From positions 608,443 through 628,442 of the forward strand of contig NOWV01000027.1 in assembly GCA_003344405.1 (NCBI GenBank): a stretch of DNA of 20,000 nucleotides. Direction: 5' to 3'. The stretch's first letter is position 1. The number at the start of each line of letters is the position of its first letter. Source of the stretch: Trichoplax sp. H2. Its lineage: Eukaryota. Positions 1 through 10,206 of this stretch are shown one piece after another. The notes under the pieces were generated by a model. It was not told where the DNA came from, did no database searches, and was given only the letters and a program-made list of their open reading frames with translations. Both the position numbers and the translations under genes were made by a program.

Positions 1-15
1 TTTCGTCTTTATTAG

Positions 16-3000
16 GCCGGAAATCTTAAGAAACGAAATAAAAGCTTTCTTCGTTAAATATAATGATCCAATTTATGTTAAACTGGAGAAACTTGATATT
101 ATGATTCGCTTATCGACTTCGAGTAACATTGCACAAGTATTAGCTGAATTAAAAGAGTACGTTATAAATAAATTGATCACTGATAATTAAATTACTTGCA
201 TAATACACATTGAAATTCTTTAATTGCATTACGTATCGTAACAAGTTGCTGTAGCCATGAGCCTTATAACAGCAGCATGTAATGCTATAGTTATAATCAC
301 TATTTAATGTAAATTTAATTATATTCAGATACGCAACCGAAGTTGATGTTGATTTTGTACGCAAATCTGTTCGTGCGATTGGTCGTTGTGCTATTAAAGT
401 CGAGGTTTGTACATTTAATAATTCGATAAATGAGGTATCGAGAATGTACGCTAATGAATGGTATAATTTTTAAAATTAGCAAGCCGCAGAGAAATGCGTC
501 AGCACATTGATTGACCTTATACAAACTAAAGTCAATTATGTAGTCCAAGAAGCTGTTGTAGTCATTCGGGTGAGTCTACATATATATATGTTTCTATCAC
601 AGCAAAGGTCAATTACGACTTTACAGCATTATTCATACATTCCTTTACGTCTTGCACTTTAGGATATATTTCGCAAATATCCTAACAAATACGAAAGTAT
701 CATCTCTACACTTTGTGAAAATTTAGATTCCTTGGATGAGCCTGACGCAAAGTAAGAAATTAATGTGATTGAGTTGGTAGTAATTTTAGACATTGCCTCT
801 AGTCATAATTTGTTTGCGACGGAAGTACTGCAGAGCAGAAACGTATATTCATGATGTTTCTGTTTTGATGTCTTCCAAGAGACTGCGCTTATCAGACAAG
901 TGAAAATGTTAAACCAGTAATATTTCACCTCACGATGAGCATATATTGTTACTGAAGTAAAGATGGCATTCATTAGATTTAATGCTAGAACCTAGTACTA
1001 GATTTACACATTTATTGTACTGTAGGGCATCAATGATATGGATTGTTGGAGAGTATGCTGAGAGAATTGATAATGCTGATGAATTACTCCAGTCATTCTT
1101 GGACGGTTTCCACGATGAAACAACACAGGTATAAATGGATATAAAGTAATAAATGATCCTCTTGCTATGTTCTAATTCCTTATATTAAAATCTATAGGTA
1201 CAACTACAGTTACTCACTGCCATTGTCAAGCTCTTTTTGAAGCGTCCAGCCGATACACAGGATCTTGTTCAGTCTGTTTTGAGTTTGGTCACGCAAGAAA
1301 GCGATAATCCTGATCTGCGTGATCGTGGCTATATTTACTGGCGTCTATTATCAACGGATCCAGCAGCTGCCAAAGTAAGATGAATTTATTAATTAATTTT
1401 CTCATTACGTTCTGACCATTACATTTACCTTTAATTGTAGGAAGTAGTATTAGCTGAAAAACCTTTAATTGCTGAAGAAACCGATTTATTGGAGCCTACG
1501 CTACTTGATGGTATTATTATTATTTATATATGTAAACTATACTACGTAATCATATAGTATAAGCGGCGCTCTATAATCAAACTATCTTGCTGATTCTCAT
1601 GTTACTGTATTTCCTTATTTTAGAGTTAATGTGTCATATATCAACTTTGGCCTCTGTTTATCATAAGCCTCCTAGTTCTTTTGTTGAAGGAAACTCACCC
1701 ATCAGAAAGCTTCCTATACCGCGTGAAAGGTACTTTGCATTTTTAGGTTAAATTGTTACTGTGAAGCTTATATTTGATGTAATTTGTTATTTATTTGCAA
1801 TAGCACTACGTCCTCAGATAACACTGATGCAGCTGAAAACCAAGTTCAAACACAACAACAACCTGCTGCTGCCGCCCCTGCTCAACCTACGGTAATTTCT
1901 ACTCCTCAAGAGTCTGCTGTAGCAATGGATCTATTAGGCGACTTAGCATCCTTTGACTCAACACCATCTACAACTGCCAACGACATGTACGCTCCAAATG
2001 TGCAACCTGCTGGTAGCAGTGTAATTGATCTGCTATCTGGTACCTTGGATTCATTACAAATGGGTGGCAATACAGCTGGAAATCAAAGTGGCGGTCTTAG
2101 CAGTCTTACGGATATGTTTTCGACAGGGACTTCTACATTTTCTGAACCGAAAGTGGTTTGGCTATCTGCTGCTCAAGGCAAAGGCTTAGAGATTAGCGGA
2201 ACATTTTCCCTCCGTCAAAATGTAGTCCATATGGATATGACTTTCACGAATAATGCAATGCAAGCGATGGGTGGATTCGCGATTCAATTTAACAAGAACA
2301 GGTTCCGTTTTAATTTTAAAACATTATCCCCCTCTTTTACAGTGAGATATTGCCATTTACTAATGATTCTTTTATATGAATAGTTTTGGTCTTGTCCCTG
2401 CAGCACAATTAGAAGTTAGATCACCATTGCCACCAAGACAAAGTGCTGATTCTTCACTTCAGTTGAAGCCTTGTACGTATACTACTTTCGATATTTGCTT
2501 TTATATTTACACATCATGATAAATACTAATATTTGTTTCTTATTTTGTGTGATTTAAAAAAGTGGGCGCTATCCTTAAAATGGATCCATTGAACAAACTT
2601 CAAATTGCCATTAAAAATAGCATTGATGTATTCTATTTTGATGTATTAATACCGTACCATGTATTATTTGTCGAGGATGGTAAGCTGGAAAGTAGGGAAT
2701 TTCTCACGCAATGGAAGGAGATACCAAATAATAGCGAACGCTCTTTCGATATCAACAATGTACCAGCTTCATCAGGTTAAAGTTGGATAATTAAATTGTG
2801 ATATACGTCGTAAACATAAAAAATTAATTGCGTGATTGCATAAATTTTTCCAGACGCGATCGAGAATAAACTTAAGATGAGCAATGTATTCACTGTTGCT
2901 AAACGTAATGTTGACGGACAAGTAAGTTATAGAACTTTTCTTAACTAGTAAAGATTTATGAAAAGCTTATCGACGTTAAATCTACAGTACTGAACATTAA

Positions 3001-3342
3001 AAGTATACTGCGATTATGATTAAGTTGTCTGACTGATGCCATATACGTTAAAAGTGTAATGATTGCTTAAATTTCTAATGTGACTTTTAAACTTTCAGAA
3101 TATGCACTATATGTCATTGAAATTTACGAATAACATATTAGTGTTGGCTGAACTAAAGATCCAATCTGGAAATCCAACTTTGAAGGTATGTAGATGATTT
3201 GGATGTAAAATAAAAACTAATTGTTAAATTAATTGATACGTAATTGACCACTTTTGTCTTTTTGTAGCTGGCCCTGAAGAGCTCAATTGCAGAAGTTCTC
3301 CCTGGAGTCTATCAGGCCTTTGAGTTAATTTTGCACAGCTAG
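16..3342 (+). CDS. AP2B1: AP-1/AP-2 adaptor complex beta subunit (beta-adaptin), 5'-partial. Exons: 16-156, 329-404, 480-569, 663-751, 1026-1128, 1198-1374, 1441-1510, 1624-1729, 1804-2301, 2384-2472, 2563-2775, 2854-2921, 3099-3185, 3268-3342
   Basis: Manual splicing at GT-AG sites gives one frame of about 626 aa. Trunk: [129 protein letters not shown]. This is followed by a low-complexity hinge with DLL motifs and the appendage ([49 protein letters not shown]), ending at TAG 3340-3342. It matches AP1B1/AP2B1 from memory. Many invertebrates have one beta subunit shared by AP-1 and AP-2, so the symbol could equally be AP1B1. The N-terminal exons lie upstream of the window. Confidence 0.97.
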
Positions 3343-3642
3343 ATTAAAATTCACGTACTTTAAATTAGAAAAAATACCTGATAGCTTCGATTACAGTTAT
3401 GTAAATGTTTTTACTGTAGACAACTTATTAGTGTCACCTCTGTTGGCCGAGACTGTTATTTCTCGCAGCTTCTGTATTTGACAACGCGTATAATGAATTG
3501 CTTAGTATTCTGACTCTATTGGTTGGTTACAGATATTTTTCCTACTAGTCAACTTTAAGATTTGTAATTCTGACGTAAAAGTACATTCGAGTAGCACTTG
3601 TGGTAAGCTAATGAAAAATAATATAATCTTATAAAGTCTGAA

Positions 3643-3648
3643 AATAAA
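3643..3648 (+). promoter_or_regulatory. Candidate polyadenylation signal of the beta-adaptin gene
   Basis: AATAAA about 300 nt after the stop codon, followed by a GT/T-rich tract (gtatgtacgttttttcttgttc, about 3669-3690). Confidence 0.5.
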
Positions 3649-5906
3649 GAAAACATGATAATATGTTAGTATGTACGTTTTTTCTTGTTCTAATTGCGCA
3701 TTTATATTCGTACTATTAATTTGCAGCAGTATTTTATTTCAATTTATTTATGCATTTATGTAGCTCAACAGTAGTTGTTGCAGATATTCAAGTGGTAATT
3801 GCATACGTATGAGTTTAGTACTGTATTTATCCCATCCTTATGTTTAGAATGCTCATACTGTTAATTGTTAATATAAGCAGTAAAAGAATGTTGCGATATG
3901 GTATAAACAGTATAAAAAAGGTAACGTGCGTCGTACATGATTCGATGGGTGGCATTGCTACGTTCTATCACACTGTACATTTCTGGTTTGTATACCCGTA
4001 TGATTATAGAATTTAGCGTTCACTATTATAGTAATGTGAAATACGGTATGTATTTAATACCAGTCTACTTTACGTAGTGGTTTATTCTTTGCCATGAAGT
4101 GTAGTGCTAAGCTCCTAACGTGATAGTCTAATGCAGTTAGTCTACGATGGCGTCAATGGAAGACTTTATCCAGTAGTCTATGACGGTAGATACGCGTACT
4201 TGCTTACGATATACAGTATACAGTAATATATTATTATAAACATGCGCAGTATTGGACATCTACGGAAAAATTATTTTATTTGATTATACTGTAAGTTACA
4301 TGGCAATGGTGTGATTCTTTTTGAAGTATAGAAAACTATTATACAGTATATAAAACCTAGATAAGTTTTAGGTATAATCAGCACCCTTTAGTTTATAGTC
4401 TGGACATTAATATTTATTGTAGTTATGATAACTATAGAATTCGATCATAATGTTTCAGATACAGTTCAGGCAGTCCTATACATTGCACACGAGACTATAC
4501 AGTATACACATGTTACAGCATTAATCGAAAGTAAAATTGACTACGATAGCTTGAAAGATCTCAATCGTATGTACAGTATACTTATCGTATTGTTACCATA
4601 GTGTTCATCCGATATATGGCCGATGATATTATACATTATATTTTTTTAGTATTAATATGATATTTTATTTCATAGTATTCTATTCAATTACGAGCTTTTA
4701 TTCTATACTACCTATGCTTGAATAGGTGCTCGATACAATTGTTTGAATTGAACAATGTCCATGAGAGTTGCTATTGGTATCTTCGCGTTAGTAATCTTTA
4801 ATACAGCGGGTAGGGAAGCACAATTTAACCTGGCAAACAATTGACATCAAAATAATGAGTATTGTTCATTATCTGCAGGTATCAACATAGCTTGAAAATT
4901 GTTATTTACTGCTTATGATCTTATTTTTATTATGACGTCTACATTATCCTAATTTTTATAATTTTAATATACAACGCGTCATATGATCGTAAGTGAATAA
5001 ACTATTTGCAGTATCAACAAAGAGTCTTGTGTAATTTAGATATTATAGTGTACAAGAAAGAATAGTAACATAAATTTTTCCTTGAATCTAAACCAGTTTA
5101 CCTATCAAATCTCGTTAAAGAACCGTTGATATTGCGTATAAGTCAGTATCAATGTCGCCATATCAATTGATCCTTAGGAAGCCGAAAAAAATTACTTAAT
5201 TGTGGTCTATAAAAGTTAGGCCGACCCCCTGTAAAGTACAGTTAACAACATAGAGGCAACAAGCCTATCACCTGGTAACGTCGTCGTCATTACTTTTGTG
5301 ACCAAATTTTATATCGAAATAAATTATCTACTTCAGATATGACTTCAACAAACATTATCTTCAAACTTGGTTAACGTTGGCAATTGGTTATAAGTCGAAG
5401 TTTATTTCATTTCATATTTGGTTACTACTCCTTTGGTATTTGTTACCAACGAAAGAAATGACATAAGACCATTGTATGGGACTGAAATACTTTGTTATAC
5501 ATTTTGGAACAATTTGATATAAATATCGTTGTATTGGCTTATCCTTTTAAAAAATATATTTTAGTTTTAAAAGTGGATCGTATACTCTTAATCATTTTAT
5601 TACTGGAATAAAGCTTTTATCACGATCTAAAAGATGATTTTATTCATGAATAATAGCAAATAGAGCAATTTACAACATTCTGACTATCTACAACTATACT
5701 ATTAATATGGTTTAAATAACTTTTATTAAATGAGGTAGGCTGGGTTTTTTGTTATTTTTAACGATAGAATGGCAAGGGTACGAATCTAAACGTAATTAAA
5801 ATCCTTCATTTGCTAATTGTAAGCTCTATATATTTGTAAGTTGGCAACCATATTCATTTAAAAACTATTCAAATCATCTTAAACATCGCCCAGACTCTTT
5901 CGAACA

Positions 5907-6440
5907 ATGGCGTCCAGTAAAATAACATTGAAAAATGATAATAAGCGTGGTAAAGATGTCGGACTTGATCTTTATAGTTTTGCTTTACGAACTAGATTAA
6001 TGAAAACCGAAGAAGCTATTGGTGTCATTAATGCAAGAGAAGAGAAAATATTGAGACAAGTGACTGACAGCATTGACAAATTAGCAAAGAAGTCGTTAGA
6101 AAAGTATCGTTTTGACTATAATGCAATATTGAAAATATCAGAAGAAAGCAGGCGTCGTAATCAAATATTCGCTGATAAATTACGCACATACAAAGAAGAA
6201 GAAGAGCGTGTAAGAGTTTTGAGGCAAGCAAAGAAGATGAAAGAGAAACGTCGCTTTTTAGATGATGATTATTTACATTTACAGGTGAATAAGTCAAATA
6301 ATCATCACAATAATCATATAACGCATCCATATCAAGACAATCAAAACATCTTTCCACGTACACTCAAGTCGCATAGCAGTAGTTTTAAATTAGTTAATAA
6401 TAACATTAGTAATGGTTTTCGTAATTCTAATGGTCATTAA
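5907..6440 (+). CDS. Hypothetical 177 aa protein with a charged, predicted coiled-coil region; family not recognised
   Basis: A 534 nt ORF in AT-rich DNA with strong start context (acaATGG). It has a K/R/E-rich helical central region and an N/H/S-rich tail. A possible 5'-UTR intron lies at 5735-5893 (GAG|gtaggc ... cccag|). An internal CAG|GTGAAT near 6285 could be a donor, so the C-terminus is uncertain. Confidence 0.6.
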   Translation: MASSKITLKNDNKRGKDVGLDLYSFALRTRLMKTEEAIGVINAREEKILRQVTDSIDKLAKKSLEKYRFDYNAILKISEESRRRNQIFADKLRTYKEEEERVRVLRQAKKMKEKRRFLDDDYLHLQVNKSNNHHNNHITHPYQDNQNIFPRTLKSHSSSFKLVNNNISNGFRNSNGH

Positions 6441-9400
6441 GATAACACTCGTTGGATCTACAATTTGTGATGACATAAATCATAGCATATAATACATTGC
6501 TAAGATTGAATTAATTTATCAAGTGTGATGCTAAGAAATTCCACCATTACAGCATCTATAAACATGCCGTGAAGAGAGATAATTCATTTTATATATTCAG
6601 TTTTTCTGTTTCTAATTTATTGTTGATTATTTTCTTTGATGGACCTTCGTATAATTGTATCAAAATAGGTTATCGTACTGTTACTAAAGTTTACATGATG
6701 ACTATAACTGTCGAATAAGTTAATGATTATGATCAAAGCAAATTTTTGGGCGAAATATCTTCACCAAAGGCTTGTTATGTCTAAATCTGTTACGCAATGA
6801 TAGCTTCGAAAGGTAATGTTAGGGATCCTTCTAAACCTAATATTTACTATCTTAAAAATTATATACATTCATCGCCGTCTCAATCTGTTTTATTTCTATG
6901 CAAATCTAAATTGCGAACTTACGATCAGTTAAAACTACTCTAATTTAAAATATCAACTTTGCTGAGTTAGGCAGTAACAGTTATGCCAGTATGTGAGTAT
7001 ATGTACGCGAACTTGTATATAATTTTAATTAAGTCACATTTATTAAAAGGCTAACTGCTTGAGCGCTATCATATTATTATTTTCACCTTTAGCTCACATA
7101 GGCGGTGATAAATTCACTTTTAACTGTGATAATATGATTAGCGGTAACATTTTCTAGACTAAATCAAAGAAAACAAACAGGCAGCTGTCTTATGCAATAC
7201 TGTTTACATCGATATCAATTATAATTATTAAATTTTTTAGTATTATGGCTATATTTGCAAGTCAATCACGAAGAAGAATTCTCTTAATTCGCTATCACGA
7301 TTGAATGTATTATATCTGCTAGCTAATTTCGTTCTATTTTATTCATTTGACTTTAATGAAGATTTCATGTCGGTTTTATGAATAGACGCAATCAATTGTA
7401 GATTGTAAAATTCAAGCTGTTTTGATATCCTTACTTAAAAATGAAACGATCTGCGGTTATAAATCAATGATATATACGGTGCTTAATCTACGACATGTTT
7501 TAACTGACATAATTTTTAGTTCTACTTACATGACTAATTTTATTGTATTTAAAAGTATAAATGAATATAGCTTGAAGCCATTTTATGTCTTTTTAACGCT
7601 TTACGATCATGTTACTATCATGCATCTTGATATGCTGAAATTCGTTGTGATCTACTAATCATATTAAACTACTGTAGAAACTTTGCACTTTGTAGACATG
7701 AGTGTCCATTACCTTATGCTAAATTTTATGATTTGGTGATTTTCTCGTCGTTGAATAAACTAATCTCATATTATACAATTGATAAGAAAGTGTGCTTTAC
7801 TTGAAGAGATTACGGTTAAACGTGATCAAGGGTAAATATCGTGCTAACTAGTCATTATGTTACAGCTTTCAAGTTTTTACTTCATAAGATGACAAATAGA
7901 TTCGTGAAATAATTTACTTATTATTGGTCATTGTAAGAAATAACGTTGACAGTAGCTTGATATGCAACCTCATCAAGACGTTGGGCTAAAGAAAATAAGA
8001 AATGTAGCTCTTGTCCATAAAGTTTTCTAAACGGTATCAGTTTTAATTACTATCTTAAGTAATGTAATTGGAGTTTGACGTTGTAACGCAATGTCTTACT
8101 CTATTTTAACTCGCATTGACCAAATTAGTTAAGTATTTTTGCAAATTTGGTACAATTGATATTACAGACACTGTAAAAATTCTACTGATATAATTTTCAA
8201 TATTAATCATTTAATTATATGATTAGAAATGAGATTGAGATTCAGTTTATGTGATATCGAAATTTAATTTAAGCTTCGTGTAATATTCTACCACCATTTT
8301 AGCTAGCACGATTGCACACTCGTAGAAAGAGAGTCTTCTTAGCATTAAATTGATCTTTTTTATTTATAATCCATTTGTAACAAGATTAATGTTGTCATCA
8401 TCGATAGGCTGTACGCTACATTACTACTATCAACGTTGAAGTATGTATAAATTGAAAGATATACTTTTCAGTTTTATTTAGCTACAAATTTTTTGAAATA
8501 TTTATACTTAGTGGTTTAGTCAAAAAAATAAGTAAACACTTTAAATATGTCGAAAACGTACTTTTTGTGGCATACTTATTATATACCCTGTGAATGAATA
8601 AATGAAATGTGCAATTGATCTATTAATAATTCTGATCCTGATTAAGGTTACTGCAACCCATTTAAGCGAGCAACGTTTTTATACCGTAGTATTTTATACG
8701 AGATATCCATTTCAAAAAGGAAATTAGTGAGGAAAACGATCGTTGCCAACTACAGTAGGCGTTATTACACTCCATACGCTGTCGCTTATCCTCGATTATA
8801 CTGAATATTGTAATTATGATTAGGCAAAATTAACGATATGCCACTTTATGATTATAATGATCAGACTGGATTTGTATGAAATTCTGTCAACGAAAAAGTA
8901 GACGGGACAGAATTTGTCCCGCTTCATGGGCATCCCTTCACCATTTATGTACAGTAATGTTATTTTTGTATCCGATATTTTAGTAAAAGTATAAATTGAA
9001 ATTTATTGCTAGATATTTGGATAACTACAGTATTCGCACGTTGATTTTAGTTCCATTTTTCCCCAGTTAAAGTAAGTATTTAAAACCAAATGAAAGACGC
9101 TGTAACTACTGTACTGTACTGTAGAAGGCAGAAAATGTAGTTTCTAATACCATATATTATTATAGGCTACTGGAACGGATTCGCGAGTAGTTTTCTAAAG
9201 TATTTATATGAACTTTAGACTGAAGCTTTACGCAATTGGCACGATTTGATCTGATTCAAAATTCAGACCTTGAACATACTGTACACTAAAAAGAAAGTTC
9301 GGGCTATAAACTGGCCGCCTGTTGGTGTCCGCAAAATTGTGTACGCTGACCGATCCTCTTTCTAGTCATTCCACTATACACTACTATGTACTACTAGTGC

Positions 9401-9724
9401 AATCGTCTATCGTACGAAATAAAGCCATCCTAGCAGTTCATTTGCAAGACAACCTTGAATATCTTTGGATATCGGACAGTGAATCACTGATGAATAAAGT
9501 AGAAGTATTGAAGTGAAAATTGAACAGTTTTTTCAATGGAAAATTCAATCTTTCACAAGTTTCTTTCCCAACTTTCCCACATCACAGACTGCGCACCTCC
9601 ATACTATAAGGTGCTATACTGCGCGTACAGTACTACACCGTCCATTGTACAGTATGCGCTATTTGTCATTCATAAATGCAACCCAGGTTCAGGCATAAGG
9701 AGTCCGCTGACTTCCAGTTCACCT

Positions 9725-9798
9725 TACTACAGTACACAGTACTGTACTGTAGCCTTGTCCTGTAGTAAAGTACTGTACAGTACAGTACAGTACTGTAC
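9725..9798. repeat. TACAG/CTGTA pentamer low-complexity tract in mixed orientations
   Basis: Reads tactacagtacacagtactgtactgtag...gtactgtacagtacagtacagtactgtac. A smaller (TACTG)n run lies at about 9107-9123. Confidence 0.85.
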
Positions 9799-9814
9799 GG
9801 ATTCGTCAGCTTTC

Positions 9815-10034
9815 AACGGATCGTTTCAGCTCATCGCTTCACTTCACTTTGGTTCCATAATAACGAAACGGATCGTTTCCGCTCATCGCTTCACTTCACT
9901 TTGGTTTCCATAGTAAGGAAACGGATCGTTTCAGCTCATCACCTCACTTCACTTTGGTTTCATAATAAGGAAACGGATCGTTTCAGCTCATCACCTCACT
10001 TCACTTTGGTTTCCATAATAACGAAACGGATCGT
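9815..10034. repeat. Tandem array (minisatellite) of 4 full copies plus 1 partial copy of a 52-53 bp unit
   Basis: Units start at 9815, 9867, 9920, 9972 and 10025 (partial). Approximate consensus: AACGGATCGTTTCAGCTCATC(G/A)C(T/C)TCACTTCACTTTGGTTTCCATAATAA(C/G)GA. Copies are head-to-tail with no spacers. Confidence 0.97.
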
Positions 10035-10206
10035 GTTGGGCCTTGCAGAACAAAATTTCTTGATTGCATTCTTGCTTATTTGCCTCAAGACGTTAAAGAC
10101 AAATTCATCTTTAGATAATACTTGTACAATAATAAGTCATATCGTTCCAAGGACTTCATAAGTTAAGCTTATTAGAGTATACGTACATTACTAGTCAATC
10201 GTTGTT

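Noticed and set aside
149..548. Minus-strand ORFs 149-364 and 315-548
   Set aside because: They are antisense shadows across beta-adaptin exons and introns with no recognisable protein features.
1784..2780. ORFs 1784-2383 and 2562-2780 as stand-alone genes
   Set aside because: They are internal beta-adaptin exons read through into introns, and the TTG/GTG starts are artefacts.
6028..6363. 111 aa minus-strand ORF
   Set aside because: It is antisense to the more protein-like 5907-6440 ORF and has no recognisable protein features.
7422..7658. 78 aa ORF, and similarly 11768-11950 and 13850-14041
   Set aside because: The first has a TTG start and the composition of non-coding AT-rich DNA. The second is mostly UBXN1 intron 2, and the third is part of UBXN1 exon 11 read into the intron.
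8903..8921. Hairpin CGGGACA-gaatt-TGTCCCG as a terminator
   Set aside because: The stem is only 7 bp with no U-tract, and intrinsic terminators are not relevant in eukaryotic nuclear DNA.
9312..9327. CTCF-like motif (reverse complement CCAACAGGCGGC)
   Set aside because: It is a single imperfect match, and CTCF may not exist in this lineage.
9415..9490. Possible minus-strand exon IHCPISKDIQGCLANELLGWLYF of a gene divergent from UBXN1
   Set aside because: The splice sites are plausible, but I found no convincing partner exons or homology.
9815..10034. CRISPR array (regular repeats with an internal dyad)
   Set aside because: Units are contiguous near-identical copies with no unique spacers, there are no cas genes, and the context is eukaryotic.
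9322..10161. Four overlapping plus-strand ORFs
   Set aside because: They are short, mostly have non-ATG starts, and the longer ones stay open because they run through the TACAG tract and minisatellite.
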